Shown piece after piece: positions 1 to 7,008 of a stretch of DNA of 8,769 nucleotides (its first letter is position 1; each line of letters begins with the position of its first letter). The notes below the pieces were generated by a model. That model saw only the letters and a program-made list of their open reading frames with translations, was not told where the DNA came from and did no database searches. The DNA comes from an uncultured Erysipelotrichaceae bacterium (GTDB lineage: Bacteria; Bacillota_I; Bacilli_A; Erysipelotrichales; Erysipelotrichaceae): the NCBI GenBank assembly GCA_964457525.1, contig CAYWGS010000060.1:1-8769 (forward strand), given 5' to 3'. The position numbers and the translations under genes were made by a program.

Positions 1-135
1 CACTTGATATTGAAGCGCTAACTCTCTTACAGTGGGAAGTTGTTGGGTTGGAAGTAACTTCTCTGCCACAATTTCCTTTTTTATTCTTTCCATAATCTGT
101 AAATAGATCGGTTGAGTTGATTGGAATTGATCCAT
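1..135 (-). CDS. GntR-family transcriptional regulator, N-terminal winged-HTH portion (gene runs off the window start)
   Basis: The minus-strand ATG at 135-133 is preceded by GGAGA (complement of 139-143). The 45 codons read MDQFQSTQPIYLQIMERIKKEIVAEKLLPTQQLPTVRELALQYQV, which matches the canonical GntR N-terminus (PIY.QI...I......L....LP(S/T)VRELA). It is missing from the ORF track because the window edge truncates it. Confidence 0.8.
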   Translation of the reverse strand, partial: MDQFQSTQPIYLQIMERIKKEIVAEKLLPTQQLPTVRELALQYQV

Positions 136-150
136 AGGTCTCCTTTCTGT

Positions 151-180
151 ATTATTGTATTAGACACTTAATACAATAAT
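151..180. promoter_or_regulatory. Perfect 12-bp inverted repeat (ATTATTGTATTA-N6-TAATACAATAAT), candidate GntR operator
   Basis: 151-162 attattgtatta and 169-180 taatacaataat are exact reverse complements, separated by gacact. The repeat contains the GT...AC core typical of GntR-family operators. It lies 16-45 nt upstream of the gntR start codon and overlaps the predicted gntR -10 box. Confidence 0.55.
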
Positions 181-201
181 GCAATGTTTAGTTCTTGTCA
201 A
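173..201 (-). promoter_or_regulatory. Sigma-A-type promoter for the GntR gene
   Basis: On the minus strand there is a perfect -35 TTGACA (complement of 196-201), a 17-nt spacer, and a -10 TATTGT (complement of 173-178). The start codon is about 38 nt downstream. Confidence 0.5.
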
Positions 202-217
202 CACTGTTTTTATAAAA

Positions 218-226
218 TGTTATAAT
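218..226 (+). promoter_or_regulatory. Extended -10 promoter (TGtTATAAT) for the fpg-like/MFS transcription unit
   Basis: 218-226 tgttataat is a perfect TGnTATAAT, 21 nt upstream of the ATG at 248. TTGTCA at 195-200 is 20 nt away, too far for a canonical -35, but extended -10 promoters tolerate this. The RBS GAGGG is at 237-241. Confidence 0.5.
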
Positions 227-247
227 ATTTAAAAAAGAGGGATCTGT

Positions 248-1069
248 ATGATTGAACTAACTGAAGCATTAGTTTTATCTCGCCAAATCAACCAATCCTG
301 TCTTAATAAGAAGATAATAAACGTTATTGTGAATCAAAACCCTCATAAATGGGCATGGTTTAATGGTGATCCAAATGATTATCCTAAATTATTGTTAAAC
401 CAATCATTTAAACATTCAAAGACCTATGGAGGTATGATTGAAATTGATTGTGAACAATGTCACCTTGTGTTAGCGGAAGGGGTTCAGTTGTCACTTTTAA
501 GTTCTGTACCGTCTGATCTAAAACATCAATTACTATTAGAATTTGAGGATCATCAATATTTCGTCGTATCCGTACGTATGTATGGAGGATTATGGTGTTA
601 TCAAGATGTGTTTGAGAATCCCTATTACTTTGGGGCTAAGAAAAAACCAAGTGTATTTAGTACTAACTTTAGTTTTGATTATTTTAAACAGTTAATTAAT
701 GAATCAAGTAATACACTCAGTCTGAAAGCATTTCTCGCAACGGAACAACGCATTCCTGGTTTTGGGAACGGTCTATGTCAAGATGTTTTATGGAAGGCGA
801 AACTGCATCCTAAAACGAAGTTAAAAGATCTTAATTCGATTGATATTGAACGTTTATTTAGTACATTAATTGATTTACTAAATAAAATTGTAGAATTAGG
901 TGGTCGAGATACTGAGAAGGATTTATTTGGGAATAAAGGACGTTATATCACAAAAATGAGTCAACTTGGTATCGATGAGGGTTGTCCTGAATGTGGATCT
1001 AAGATTATTAAAGAAAGTTATATGGGTGGTAGTATTTATACTTGTCCTAAGTGTCAAACAAAAATCTAA
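248..1069 (+). CDS. Fpg/Nei (formamidopyrimidine-DNA glycosylase / endonuclease VIII) family protein, atypical N-terminus
   Basis: The N-terminus MIELTEA aligns with the family's MPELPEV. An H2TH-like segment IPGFGNGLCQDVLWKAKLHP (752-811) corresponds to GVGNIY...LF.AGIHP. The C-terminal CxxC-N16-CxxC zinc finger is at 983-994 and 1043-1054. The RBS GAGGG sits 6 nt upstream, and an in-frame TAA at 230-232 excludes a longer N-terminus. Confidence 0.8.
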   Translation: MIELTEALVLSRQINQSCLNKKIINVIVNQNPHKWAWFNGDPNDYPKLLLNQSFKHSKTYGGMIEIDCEQCHLVLAEGVQLSLLSSVPSDLKHQLLLEFEDHQYFVVSVRMYGGLWCYQDVFENPYYFGAKKKPSVFSTNFSFDYFKQLINESSNTLSLKAFLATEQRIPGFGNGLCQDVLWKAKLHPKTKLKDLNSIDIERLFSTLIDLLNKIVELGGRDTEKDLFGNKGRYITKMSQLGIDEGCPECGSKIIKESYMGGSIYTCPKCQTKI

Positions 1070-1113
1070 TCATATTAAAGGTATTTTAAGTGTTAAATCC
1101 TTATAATAACACT

Positions 1114-2328
1114 ATGAAAAATTGGAGAAAGAATACAGCATTTTTTATAGCAGGACAAAGCATATCCTTATTCGGATCATCTTTAGTCCAATATGCAATA
1201 ACTTGGCATATTACACTTGAAACACAATCAGGTCTTGCGATGACCTTATCTATTTTAGCTGGATTCTTACCGAGTCTGTTTTTAAGTCCATTCGCTGGAG
1301 TTTGGGTCGATCGATTTGATCGTAAGAAGATCATTGTTTTAGCAGATAGTTTTATCGCATTGGTAACGGTACTCACTGCAGTTCTATTTTATTTAGGTTA
1401 TGGTTCGATTGCACTATTGCTTGTTATTTCTGCTTTTAGATCATTGGGTAATGCGGTACATTCTCCAGCAGTACAAGCCTTCATCCCTGAACTCGTTCCT
1501 GAAGATAAGTTGATGCGTGTACAAGGGATTAATAATGGAATTCAATCAACAATTATGATTGTGTCGCCTGTATTGAGTGCAGCCCTTCTAGCCAGTGTTG
1601 AATTGTTTATTATCTTCTTCATCGATGCAATTACTGCTGTCCTTGGTATCGTGACATTAATCTTCTTTGTACAAATGATTCAAAAGAAGAAAGAAACTCA
1701 ATCAGAATTATCGTATTTCAAGGATATTAAAATGGGGTTAGAGTATATCAAAGCTCATCATTTCCTTATTCCATTCTTTATCTTTACAGCTTTGGTTCTC
1801 TTCTTTGTCGCTCCCATCGCATTTCTTAGTCCTTTACAAACAGTCTTCAAGTTTGGCCCTGAAGAATGGCGATTATCTTTTGTGGAAGTTGCGTTTGCGC
1901 TTGGAATGATGGTGGGTGGATTTAGTATAGCCGCATGGGAAGGATTTAAGAATCGAATCCATACGATGGTACTTGCATTAATCTTCATGTCAATCTTCTC
2001 AATTACCTTATCATTGACAAGTAATTTCCCATTCTATCTCATATCCATGTTAATGATTGGACTTAGCTTACCTTACTATAACTCACCTGCATATGTCATG
2101 ATTCAAGAGAAAGTAGAATCTGAATACTTAGGTCGTGTGTTTAGTGTAATGGGTATGATCCATAGTGCCGCTATGCCACTTGGTATGTTGGTATTTGGAC
2201 CATTAGCGGATTTTGTAGATTTAGATTGGATTGTTATTTTCTCAGGTATTGCGATGATTATTCTCGCACTAAGTTTATATTTTAATACATCTCTCATAAA
2301 AGCAGGAATAAAAAACAAGGCTGATTAA
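1114..2328 (+). CDS. MFS transporter, DHA3 / Mef-EntS-like (MFS_3) efflux family
   Basis: The N-terminus MKNWRKNTAFFIAGQSISLFGSS...PFAGVWVDRFDRKK is the typical signature of this MFS subfamily, and the hydrophobic pattern suggests about 12 helices. The ORF track starts at GTG 1090, with AAAGG 8 nt upstream. I prefer ATG 1114 by family N-terminal pattern, but the start is uncertain. No terminator separates it from the upstream gene. Confidence 0.85.
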   Translation: MKNWRKNTAFFIAGQSISLFGSSLVQYAITWHITLETQSGLAMTLSILAGFLPSLFLSPFAGVWVDRFDRKKIIVLADSFIALVTVLTAVLFYLGYGSIALLLVISAFRSLGNAVHSPAVQAFIPELVPEDKLMRVQGINNGIQSTIMIVSPVLSAALLASVELFIIFFIDAITAVLGIVTLIFFVQMIQKKKETQSELSYFKDIKMGLEYIKAHHFLIPFFIFTALVLFFVAPIAFLSPLQTVFKFGPEEWRLSFVEVAFALGMMVGGFSIAAWEGFKNRIHTMVLALIFMSIFSITLSLTSNFPFYLISMLMIGLSLPYYNSPAYVMIQEKVESEYLGRVFSVMGMIHSAAMPLGMLVFGPLADFVDLDWIVIFSGIAMIILALSLYFNTSLIKAGIKNKAD

Positions 2329-2340
2329 TGGCCTTGTTTT
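2312..2340. terminator. Bidirectional hairpin terminator shared by the two convergent MFS genes
   Basis: aaaacaaggc (2312-2321) and gccttgtttt (2331-2340) form a perfect 10-bp stem around the 9-nt loop tgattaatg. The stem has A-tract/T-tract ends, so each transcript finishes in a U-run. Confidence 0.6.
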
Positions 2341-3491
2341 GGTGTTACTCGGTTGTAGATTTCACTGATAACAAACATCATTACGATGATAATTAGAATG
2401 ATTGGATATAATATCGATATTCCAAATGGTTTAAATAAATAACCTAGTCCTGTAGAAATAATGGTACCCCCGATATATGCAATTCCAACTTGATAACTAA
2501 TCAAAAGATGGGCTTGTACCTCATTAAATCGTTGAGGTGTTTCATGCATCATAGATGGGTATAGTGGAGCAAATCCTAATCCAACAAGCATTAAACCGAT
2601 TCGTATGATAGTTTGATCTCTAAATATCAGTAATAGTAGAGCACCACAACCTGATAAGAATAAACCTAAGCGAATCATATTACGATTTCCCAATCGATTG
2701 GATACAGTACCTGATAAGAATCGTCCAATCATAATAGATGCATAATAACTTGCGATGTAGTATCCAGAAGTTGAAGGTAATAAGCCAATTTCTTCGACTA
2801 AGTATGAGTTAGACCATAATCCAACACTTAATTCTATCCCGACATATAAAAAGAATAATGCAATTCCAAATAACATACGATTATCGAATTTAACCTTTAC
2901 TTTTAGTTTAATTTCTTCCTTTTGATTACTTAACCAAAGACCTAGACTTAAGAAGAGAATGAATGCAATGATGCCTTGCAATGTGCTTAATGTAAAATAT
3001 GCAAAATTCCATGTATAACCATATTTCAATACGGTTGTCATAATTGTAGGCCCAAGACTCGCACCTACTCCCCAAAAACCATGAAGCCATGTCATATGTC
3101 TTGAACTATAATTTTTTGCGACATATGCATTTAAGAGTGAATCAACAGCACCTTGTCCAAGACCTAAGCCGATACTAAAGAAGATTAACATCGTGTAATT
3201 ACGACTAAACCCAATCCCAAGTAAGGAGGATGCGGTTAAGAGGGCACTTAATAATGTAACCTTGTTAATTCCCAAGAGATTAGATAGTTTATGACTATAG
3301 ATACTCGATAGAGCTGAAAGGGGAAGCGTAATCAATGTGATTAATCCTGCTGCTTCAAGAGGTTGATTAAAGTCGAGACGAATAAGTGGCCAACTTATAC
3401 CCAAAGATCCATCGGGTAATCCAAGACTGATGAATGAAAGATAAATAATACTTAATAAGAGTCGATTTCGTGTAATTGGGGATAGTTTCAT
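2325..3491 (-). CDS. MFS transporter (subfamily not assigned)
   Basis: The ORF is long and hydrophobic with a multi-helix pattern. It begins MKLSPITRNRLLLSIIYLSFISLGLPDGSLGISWP and has a central charged loop NQKEEIKLKVKVKFDNR between two six-helix halves, as in MFS proteins. The ORF track begins at TTG 3527. ATG 3515 and ATG 3491 are alternatives and none has a clear SD, so the start is uncertain. Confidence 0.8.
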   Translation of the reverse strand: MKLSPITRNRLLLSIIYLSFISLGLPDGSLGISWPLIRLDFNQPLEAAGLITLITLPLSALSSIYSHKLSNLLGINKVTLLSALLTASSLLGIGFSRNYTMLIFFSIGLGLGQGAVDSLLNAYVAKNYSSRHMTWLHGFWGVGASLGPTIMTTVLKYGYTWNFAYFTLSTLQGIIAFILFLSLGLWLSNQKEEIKLKVKVKFDNRMLFGIALFFLYVGIELSVGLWSNSYLVEEIGLLPSTSGYYIASYYASIMIGRFLSGTVSNRLGNRNMIRLGLFLSGCGALLLLIFRDQTIIRIGLMLVGLGFAPLYPSMMHETPQRFNEVQAHLLISYQVGIAYIGGTIISTGLGYLFKPFGISILYPIILIIIVMMFVISEIYNRVTPKQGH

Positions 3492-3515
3492 ATGATTAAG
3501 GATAAATAATATCAT

Positions 3516-3543
3516 TTGAATATGCAAGAGATTAAGCTATAAT
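3516..3543 (+). promoter_or_regulatory. Sigma-A-type promoter of the NifX-like gene
   Basis: TTGAAT (3516-3521), a 16-nt spacer, then a perfect TATAAT (3538-3543). The RBS GGAGGA (3554-3559) and ATG 3564 follow. Confidence 0.55.
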
Positions 3544-3563
3544 AATGTGCTATGGAGGATACT

Positions 3564-3899
3564 ATGAAATTAGCAATCGCAAAAAATAATGATCTTGTGC
3601 ATGAGTTCTTTGGTTCATGTAATGAATTTGTAATTGTAGAAATTGAAGAGGGTAAAGTAATCTCGACTGAAGTTATCTTCAATGATACAGAAACACATAA
3701 GTTAAGACCAAACTATTTAAAGATTTTAGGTGTTTTTTAACTTGTTATTAAAGGTTTTTGATTAACTGCGTATGAATTATTACAAGAAAATGGAATTGAT
3801 TTATATACCAGTGAACCAATTTTAATTACAGAGGCAATAAATAAGTTCTTAAATAATGAATTAGCAGAAATGGAAGTTCCAGCGGGAGCTCATTGTTAA
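3564..3899 (+). pseudogene. NifX/NifB-type (dinitrogenase FeMo-cofactor-binding fold, Nitro_FeMo-Co) small protein gene interrupted by two in-frame stop codons
   Basis: In one frame it reads MKLAIAKNNDLVHEFFGSCNEFVIVEIEEGKVISTEVIFNDTETHKLRPNYLKILGVF*LVIKGF*LTAYELLQENGIDLYTSEPILITEAINKFLNNELAEMEVPAGAHC*. This follows the family pattern (MK.A.....V..HFG....F.I.E...G........N.......L...GV..VI.G..G..A...L...GI..Y......I.EA...F..GEL) with no gaps. The stops are TAA 3738-3740 and TGA 3759-3761. The track ORF 3552-3740 is the 5' fragment. ATG 3564 is preferred over 3552 because GGAGGA lies just upstream. Confidence 0.75.
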
Positions 3900-3906
3900 A
3901 AAAAAG

Positions 3907-3925
3907 AAACCCACGATGTGGGTTT
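3907..3925. terminator. Bidirectional intrinsic terminator shared by the NifX-like gene and the PBP gene
   Basis: aaacccac (3907-3914), loop gat, then gtgggttt (3918-3925) form a perfect 8-bp stem. The A8 run at 3898-3905 gives a U8 tract on the minus-strand transcript, and TTTTATT follows on the plus strand. The PBP stop codon (3925-3927) abuts the stem. Confidence 0.75.
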
Positions 3926-6402
3926 TATTGTGCTTTTATAACGGGATTCTTAATTGCGATGGTTACGGTTGCGGTATTGGATTGAGATCCATTATTAACT
4001 GCAAAGGTGAAACTATCATTTTCAGAATTACCAAAGTGTGTGTATTGGAAGTAACCAGAGTATGGATCAAAGATATCCAATGTTCCTTGGCTAGGTCCAC
4101 TGATGAGTTCATAGGTTAGATATCCATTGTAAGGTTCATAACCAATCAGTTGTCCTGTCACAACCTCTCCATTATTGATGGCAAGTGGTTGTGCAATCGC
4201 GATTGGGTAGGATGCTTCCGATAAACTAGCATATTCTTGTTTAATCAAACCTGTCGCAACTAAACTTGGATTAGCGTATGGACTTGGCGCAACATATGGG
4301 AATACGTTACGTACAATTGTTACATCATTTACACCTGCAGGACGCACGATATTTGTTGGATTTGAACGACCTTGGTAGAGTGCGTTGATAATGGAGTTAT
4401 TAATCTTACCTGGTAAGTTCATATTAATAACGGATTGTGTAATATAAGATATTTGATCTGGATCTGCTTTATCATAGCCTACCCAAACAGCCGTTGTGTG
4501 TTCGCCTGTACCCGATACCATCCATTTATCTTTTGCGGATCCAGCAGGGATACCAAATTCAACTCCAGTATCACCCCAGTCAGATGTACCTGTTTTAGCG
4601 TAAACTTCATAACCTCTTTGCAAGATTTGCATAAAGTTACGATATGGACCAGAAACGTTTTGTGCCATCATTGCAGCAGTCATATAACTCGCTTCTTCAG
4701 ATAGTACTTTTTTGCTTGTATATTCAGGAACGATAGAATCAGAACCATCGATAAACTCAATCTTTAAAACAGTATGAGGTGTAATGTATTCACCCTTACT
4801 TAACATCGTTCGATATGCACCTGCTATTTGAAGTGGAGATGCGGTGAAGTTTGAACCACCGATTCCAAAGCCTAAGTCAAAATTGTTGTTATTGACGTTA
4901 TCAAAACCTAAATCATTTAAATACTTAACAATATTTGCAATACCCATTTCATTCGCAACTGCACCCATTGTTTCAATCGCTGGAATGTTAAGAGAAACAC
5001 CGATGGCATAATCAACTGTTACATTTCCACGATATACATTATCGAAGTTCTTAATAATAACATCTTCAAGACCTGCATAACGGATTGGTTTATCTTCTAA
5101 GGTATGAACAGTTGACCATCCTAAGTTTTCAAAGGCTAATGGATAGGTCAAGATTAACTTCGCGGAAGAACCTGGTTGACGCTTCATATCAGTAACACGA
5201 TTGAATAAACGTTCACCTTCATAGAAACGACCACCACCAATGGCTAAGATCTGGCCAGTCTTATTATCAAGTGTAACCATAGCTGTTTGAATGACATCAT
5301 TTGGCCATAATATATTAGGATCTTCACCATTTTGGATTTGTTCAAACTTATTCTGTAAGGATTCATCCATTGCAGTATAGATTCGCATAGGGACAAGCAC
5401 TGGATCTTTTCCAGTTAATGCAATAACTTCATCCACAACCGCATCCACATAGGCCTGATGAGAAACCGTTGATGTTTTATTACTTAATTCCCCAACAATT
5501 AAGTTCTCAAGAGGAATGGATTTCGCTAATTCAGCTTCTGTTTTTGTAATATAACCATGATAGACCATAAGATCTAACACAGTATGTGCACGCTTTTCAG
5601 CTAAGTCTAGGTTGTTTACAGGACTAAATAGGTTAGGCGCATTGATTACACCTGCAAGTACTGCTGCTTCAAGTAATCCTACTTCACTAATATCTTTACC
5701 AAAATAGAATTGAGCAGCGGTTTGTATCCCACGTCGATTCTTAGGAACGCCATAATTTATTTTATTGAGATAATAGGTTAATATTTCTTTTTTACTAATA
5801 ACTTTTTCAGCTTGTAATGCGACTTTGATTTCTTGTATCTTACGATTTACTCCAGCCAATCCTGAACGAACAGCAGTTGCCTCTTCAGTTTCGAAGTAAG
5901 TACCTTTAACCAGTTGCATGGTGAAGGTTGAACCACCTTGGGAAAAACTCATTGTTTTAAGGTTTTCAAAGATTGCTTTTGTAAAACGAGGAATATCAAA
6001 CCCATTATGTTCAAAGAAACGGGAGTCTTCTATTGCGACAAACGCATCGATCACACTTTGAGGTAAATCTTCATACGTGATATTTTCTCTTATCTGTAGA
6101 CCAATGTTCGCAATAACATTTCCCTGTGCATCATAGATTTTTGAACTTTGAGCTGCAGTGAAATCATCTGGGTTAAGTTCTGGCGCATCATTTGCTACAC
6201 CTAAAATATAGTTCACACCAATTGTACCGACTACAAGTCCAGTTACTAAGGCAAAAACAATGAACCATGTAAGTATGATTCTAAGTTTTCGATGTTTCAT
6301 ATCTTCTGGAAAACTGTTCTTAGTGATTTTTTTTAATCCATCTTTAATGTATTCAAAGTAACTCATTAAGATGTTTTCGTTCTTTTTCTTGTTTTCTGAC
6401 AT
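3925..6402 (-). CDS. Class A (bifunctional glycosyltransferase/transpeptidase) penicillin-binding protein, PBP1A-type, with extra C-terminal beta-rich domain
   Basis: The N-terminus has a Lys-rich tail and a single TM helix (LRIILTWFIVFALVTGLVVGTIGV). GT51 motifs are AIEDSRFFEHNG (6001-6036), GGSTFTMQLVK and RKIQEIKVALQAEK. Transpeptidase motifs are SSAK (SxxK, 5158-5169), SLN (SxN) and KTGT (KTG at 4588-4596). The terminator lies immediately after the stop. No strong SD precedes ATG 6402. Confidence 0.92.
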   Translation of the reverse strand: MSENKKKNENILMSYFEYIKDGLKKITKNSFPEDMKHRKLRIILTWFIVFALVTGLVVGTIGVNYILGVANDAPELNPDDFTAAQSSKIYDAQGNVIANIGLQIRENITYEDLPQSVIDAFVAIEDSRFFEHNGFDIPRFTKAIFENLKTMSFSQGGSTFTMQLVKGTYFETEEATAVRSGLAGVNRKIQEIKVALQAEKVISKKEILTYYLNKINYGVPKNRRGIQTAAQFYFGKDISEVGLLEAAVLAGVINAPNLFSPVNNLDLAEKRAHTVLDLMVYHGYITKTEAELAKSIPLENLIVGELSNKTSTVSHQAYVDAVVDEVIALTGKDPVLVPMRIYTAMDESLQNKFEQIQNGEDPNILWPNDVIQTAMVTLDNKTGQILAIGGGRFYEGERLFNRVTDMKRQPGSSAKLILTYPLAFENLGWSTVHTLEDKPIRYAGLEDVIIKNFDNVYRGNVTVDYAIGVSLNIPAIETMGAVANEMGIANIVKYLNDLGFDNVNNNNFDLGFGIGGSNFTASPLQIAGAYRTMLSKGEYITPHTVLKIEFIDGSDSIVPEYTSKKVLSEEASYMTAAMMAQNVSGPYRNFMQILQRGYEVYAKTGTSDWGDTGVEFGIPAGSAKDKWMVSGTGEHTTAVWVGYDKADPDQISYITQSVINMNLPGKINNSIINALYQGRSNPTNIVRPAGVNDVTIVRNVFPYVAPSPYANPSLVATGLIKQEYASLSEASYPIAIAQPLAINNGEVVTGQLIGYEPYNGYLTYELISGPSQGTLDIFDPYSGYFQYTHFGNSENDSFTFAVNNGSQSNTATVTIAIKNPVIKAQ

Positions 6403-6472
6403 ACGTTCTTATCAATTCCCTTGTTTATAATACCGTTTATTATAATAGCACATAAGTTAAAAAAACGTTAAT

Positions 6473-7000
6473 TTAAGCGTTAATGTATTCGATTTCGATA
6501 CAATCTTTCATACGATACGTATTGATTTGTTTTAATTTCTTCGTGTCATTTAAGTGATCAAAGAGTTTAATCCCATCACCCAATAAACTTGGAATGATTG
6601 TAATATAGTATCGGTCAATTAATCCATTCTTATAACTTTGCTCGATGATGCTTGCTCCACCGACTAACCAGATATTCTTCTGTGCGACTCGCTTGCTTTC
6701 TTCCACAATATCTACAATATCGCCATGTACGAAGTTCACTCCATATGGATTTTCTAAAGGACGGTGGGTTAATACAAAGACATTTAAGTCATTATAAGGC
6801 CAGTTATCAACAGATAATTCTTCGATTAATTGACGATAAGTAGAATAACCCATAATAATTGTATCGATTTGTTTAATAAACTGATTATAGCGTTCTGATA
6901 CTGTAGGATCATCATACTCTAACAACCAATCAATGGATTGATCTTTTCGTGCAATATAACCATCTAAACTTTGAGCAATATACAGTACAAGTTCTTTCAT
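6473..7000 (-). CDS. RibD C-terminal domain / dihydrofolate reductase-family protein
   Basis: MKELVLYIAQSLDGYIARKDQSIDWL...IDTIIMGYSTYRQL...IWLVGGASIIEQ...LIDRYYITIIPSLLGDGIKLF is the typical RibD_C/DHFR-like pattern. AGGAGG lies 4 nt upstream of the ATG, and there are only 8 nt after the upstream gene's TAG. Confidence 0.85.
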   Translation of the reverse strand: MKELVLYIAQSLDGYIARKDQSIDWLLEYDDPTVSERYNQFIKQIDTIIMGYSTYRQLIEELSVDNWPYNDLNVFVLTHRPLENPYGVNFVHGDIVDIVEESKRVAQKNIWLVGGASIIEQSYKNGLIDRYYITIIPSLLGDGIKLFDHLNDTKKLKQINTYRMKDCIEIEYINA

Positions 7001-7008
7001 ACTTCCTC

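Noticed and set aside
1101-2318. Minus-strand ORFs 1101-1376, 1758-1988 and 2103-2318 inside the first MFS gene
   Set aside because: They lie antisense to a well-supported MFS CDS. They have no RBS, no family resemblance and odd composition, as expected for shadow ORFs in AT-rich DNA.
3552-3563. Upstream start (MEDT...) for the NifX-like ORF
   Set aside because: The ATG at 3552 overlaps the GGAGGA that serves as the RBS for ATG 3564, and family members typically begin MK(I/L)A.
3738-3761. Alternative genetic code (TGA=Trp) or programmed frameshifting as an explanation for the stops in the NifX-like gene
   Set aside because: TAA at 3738 would remain a stop in code 4. Every long ORF here encodes Trp with TGG and contains no in-frame TGA. 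TGA also works as the stop of the APH gene in the ATGA overlap at 7353-7356. Shifts of +1 or -1 at either T-run meet a stop within a few codons, and the downstream homology is in the zero frame.
3916-4704. Plus-strand ORFs 3916-4119 and 4435-4704
   Set aside because: They lie antisense within the PBP gene. The first begins inside the terminator loop. Both are Cys/Ile-rich nonsense-like sequence with no RBS.
6403-6472. Possible terminator (AACG...CGTT followed by a T7 run) and TATAAT/TATAAA boxes between the reductase and PBP genes
   Set aside because: The stem is only 4 bp with a 10-nt loop, and neither -10-like box has an acceptable -35 at 16-18 nt. The region is too weak to call as a terminator or a promoter, so the PBP gene may be read through from the upstream genes.
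6652-6843. Plus-strand ORF 6652-6843
   Set aside because: It lies antisense within the RibD_C-family CDS, with no RBS and no recognisable motif.
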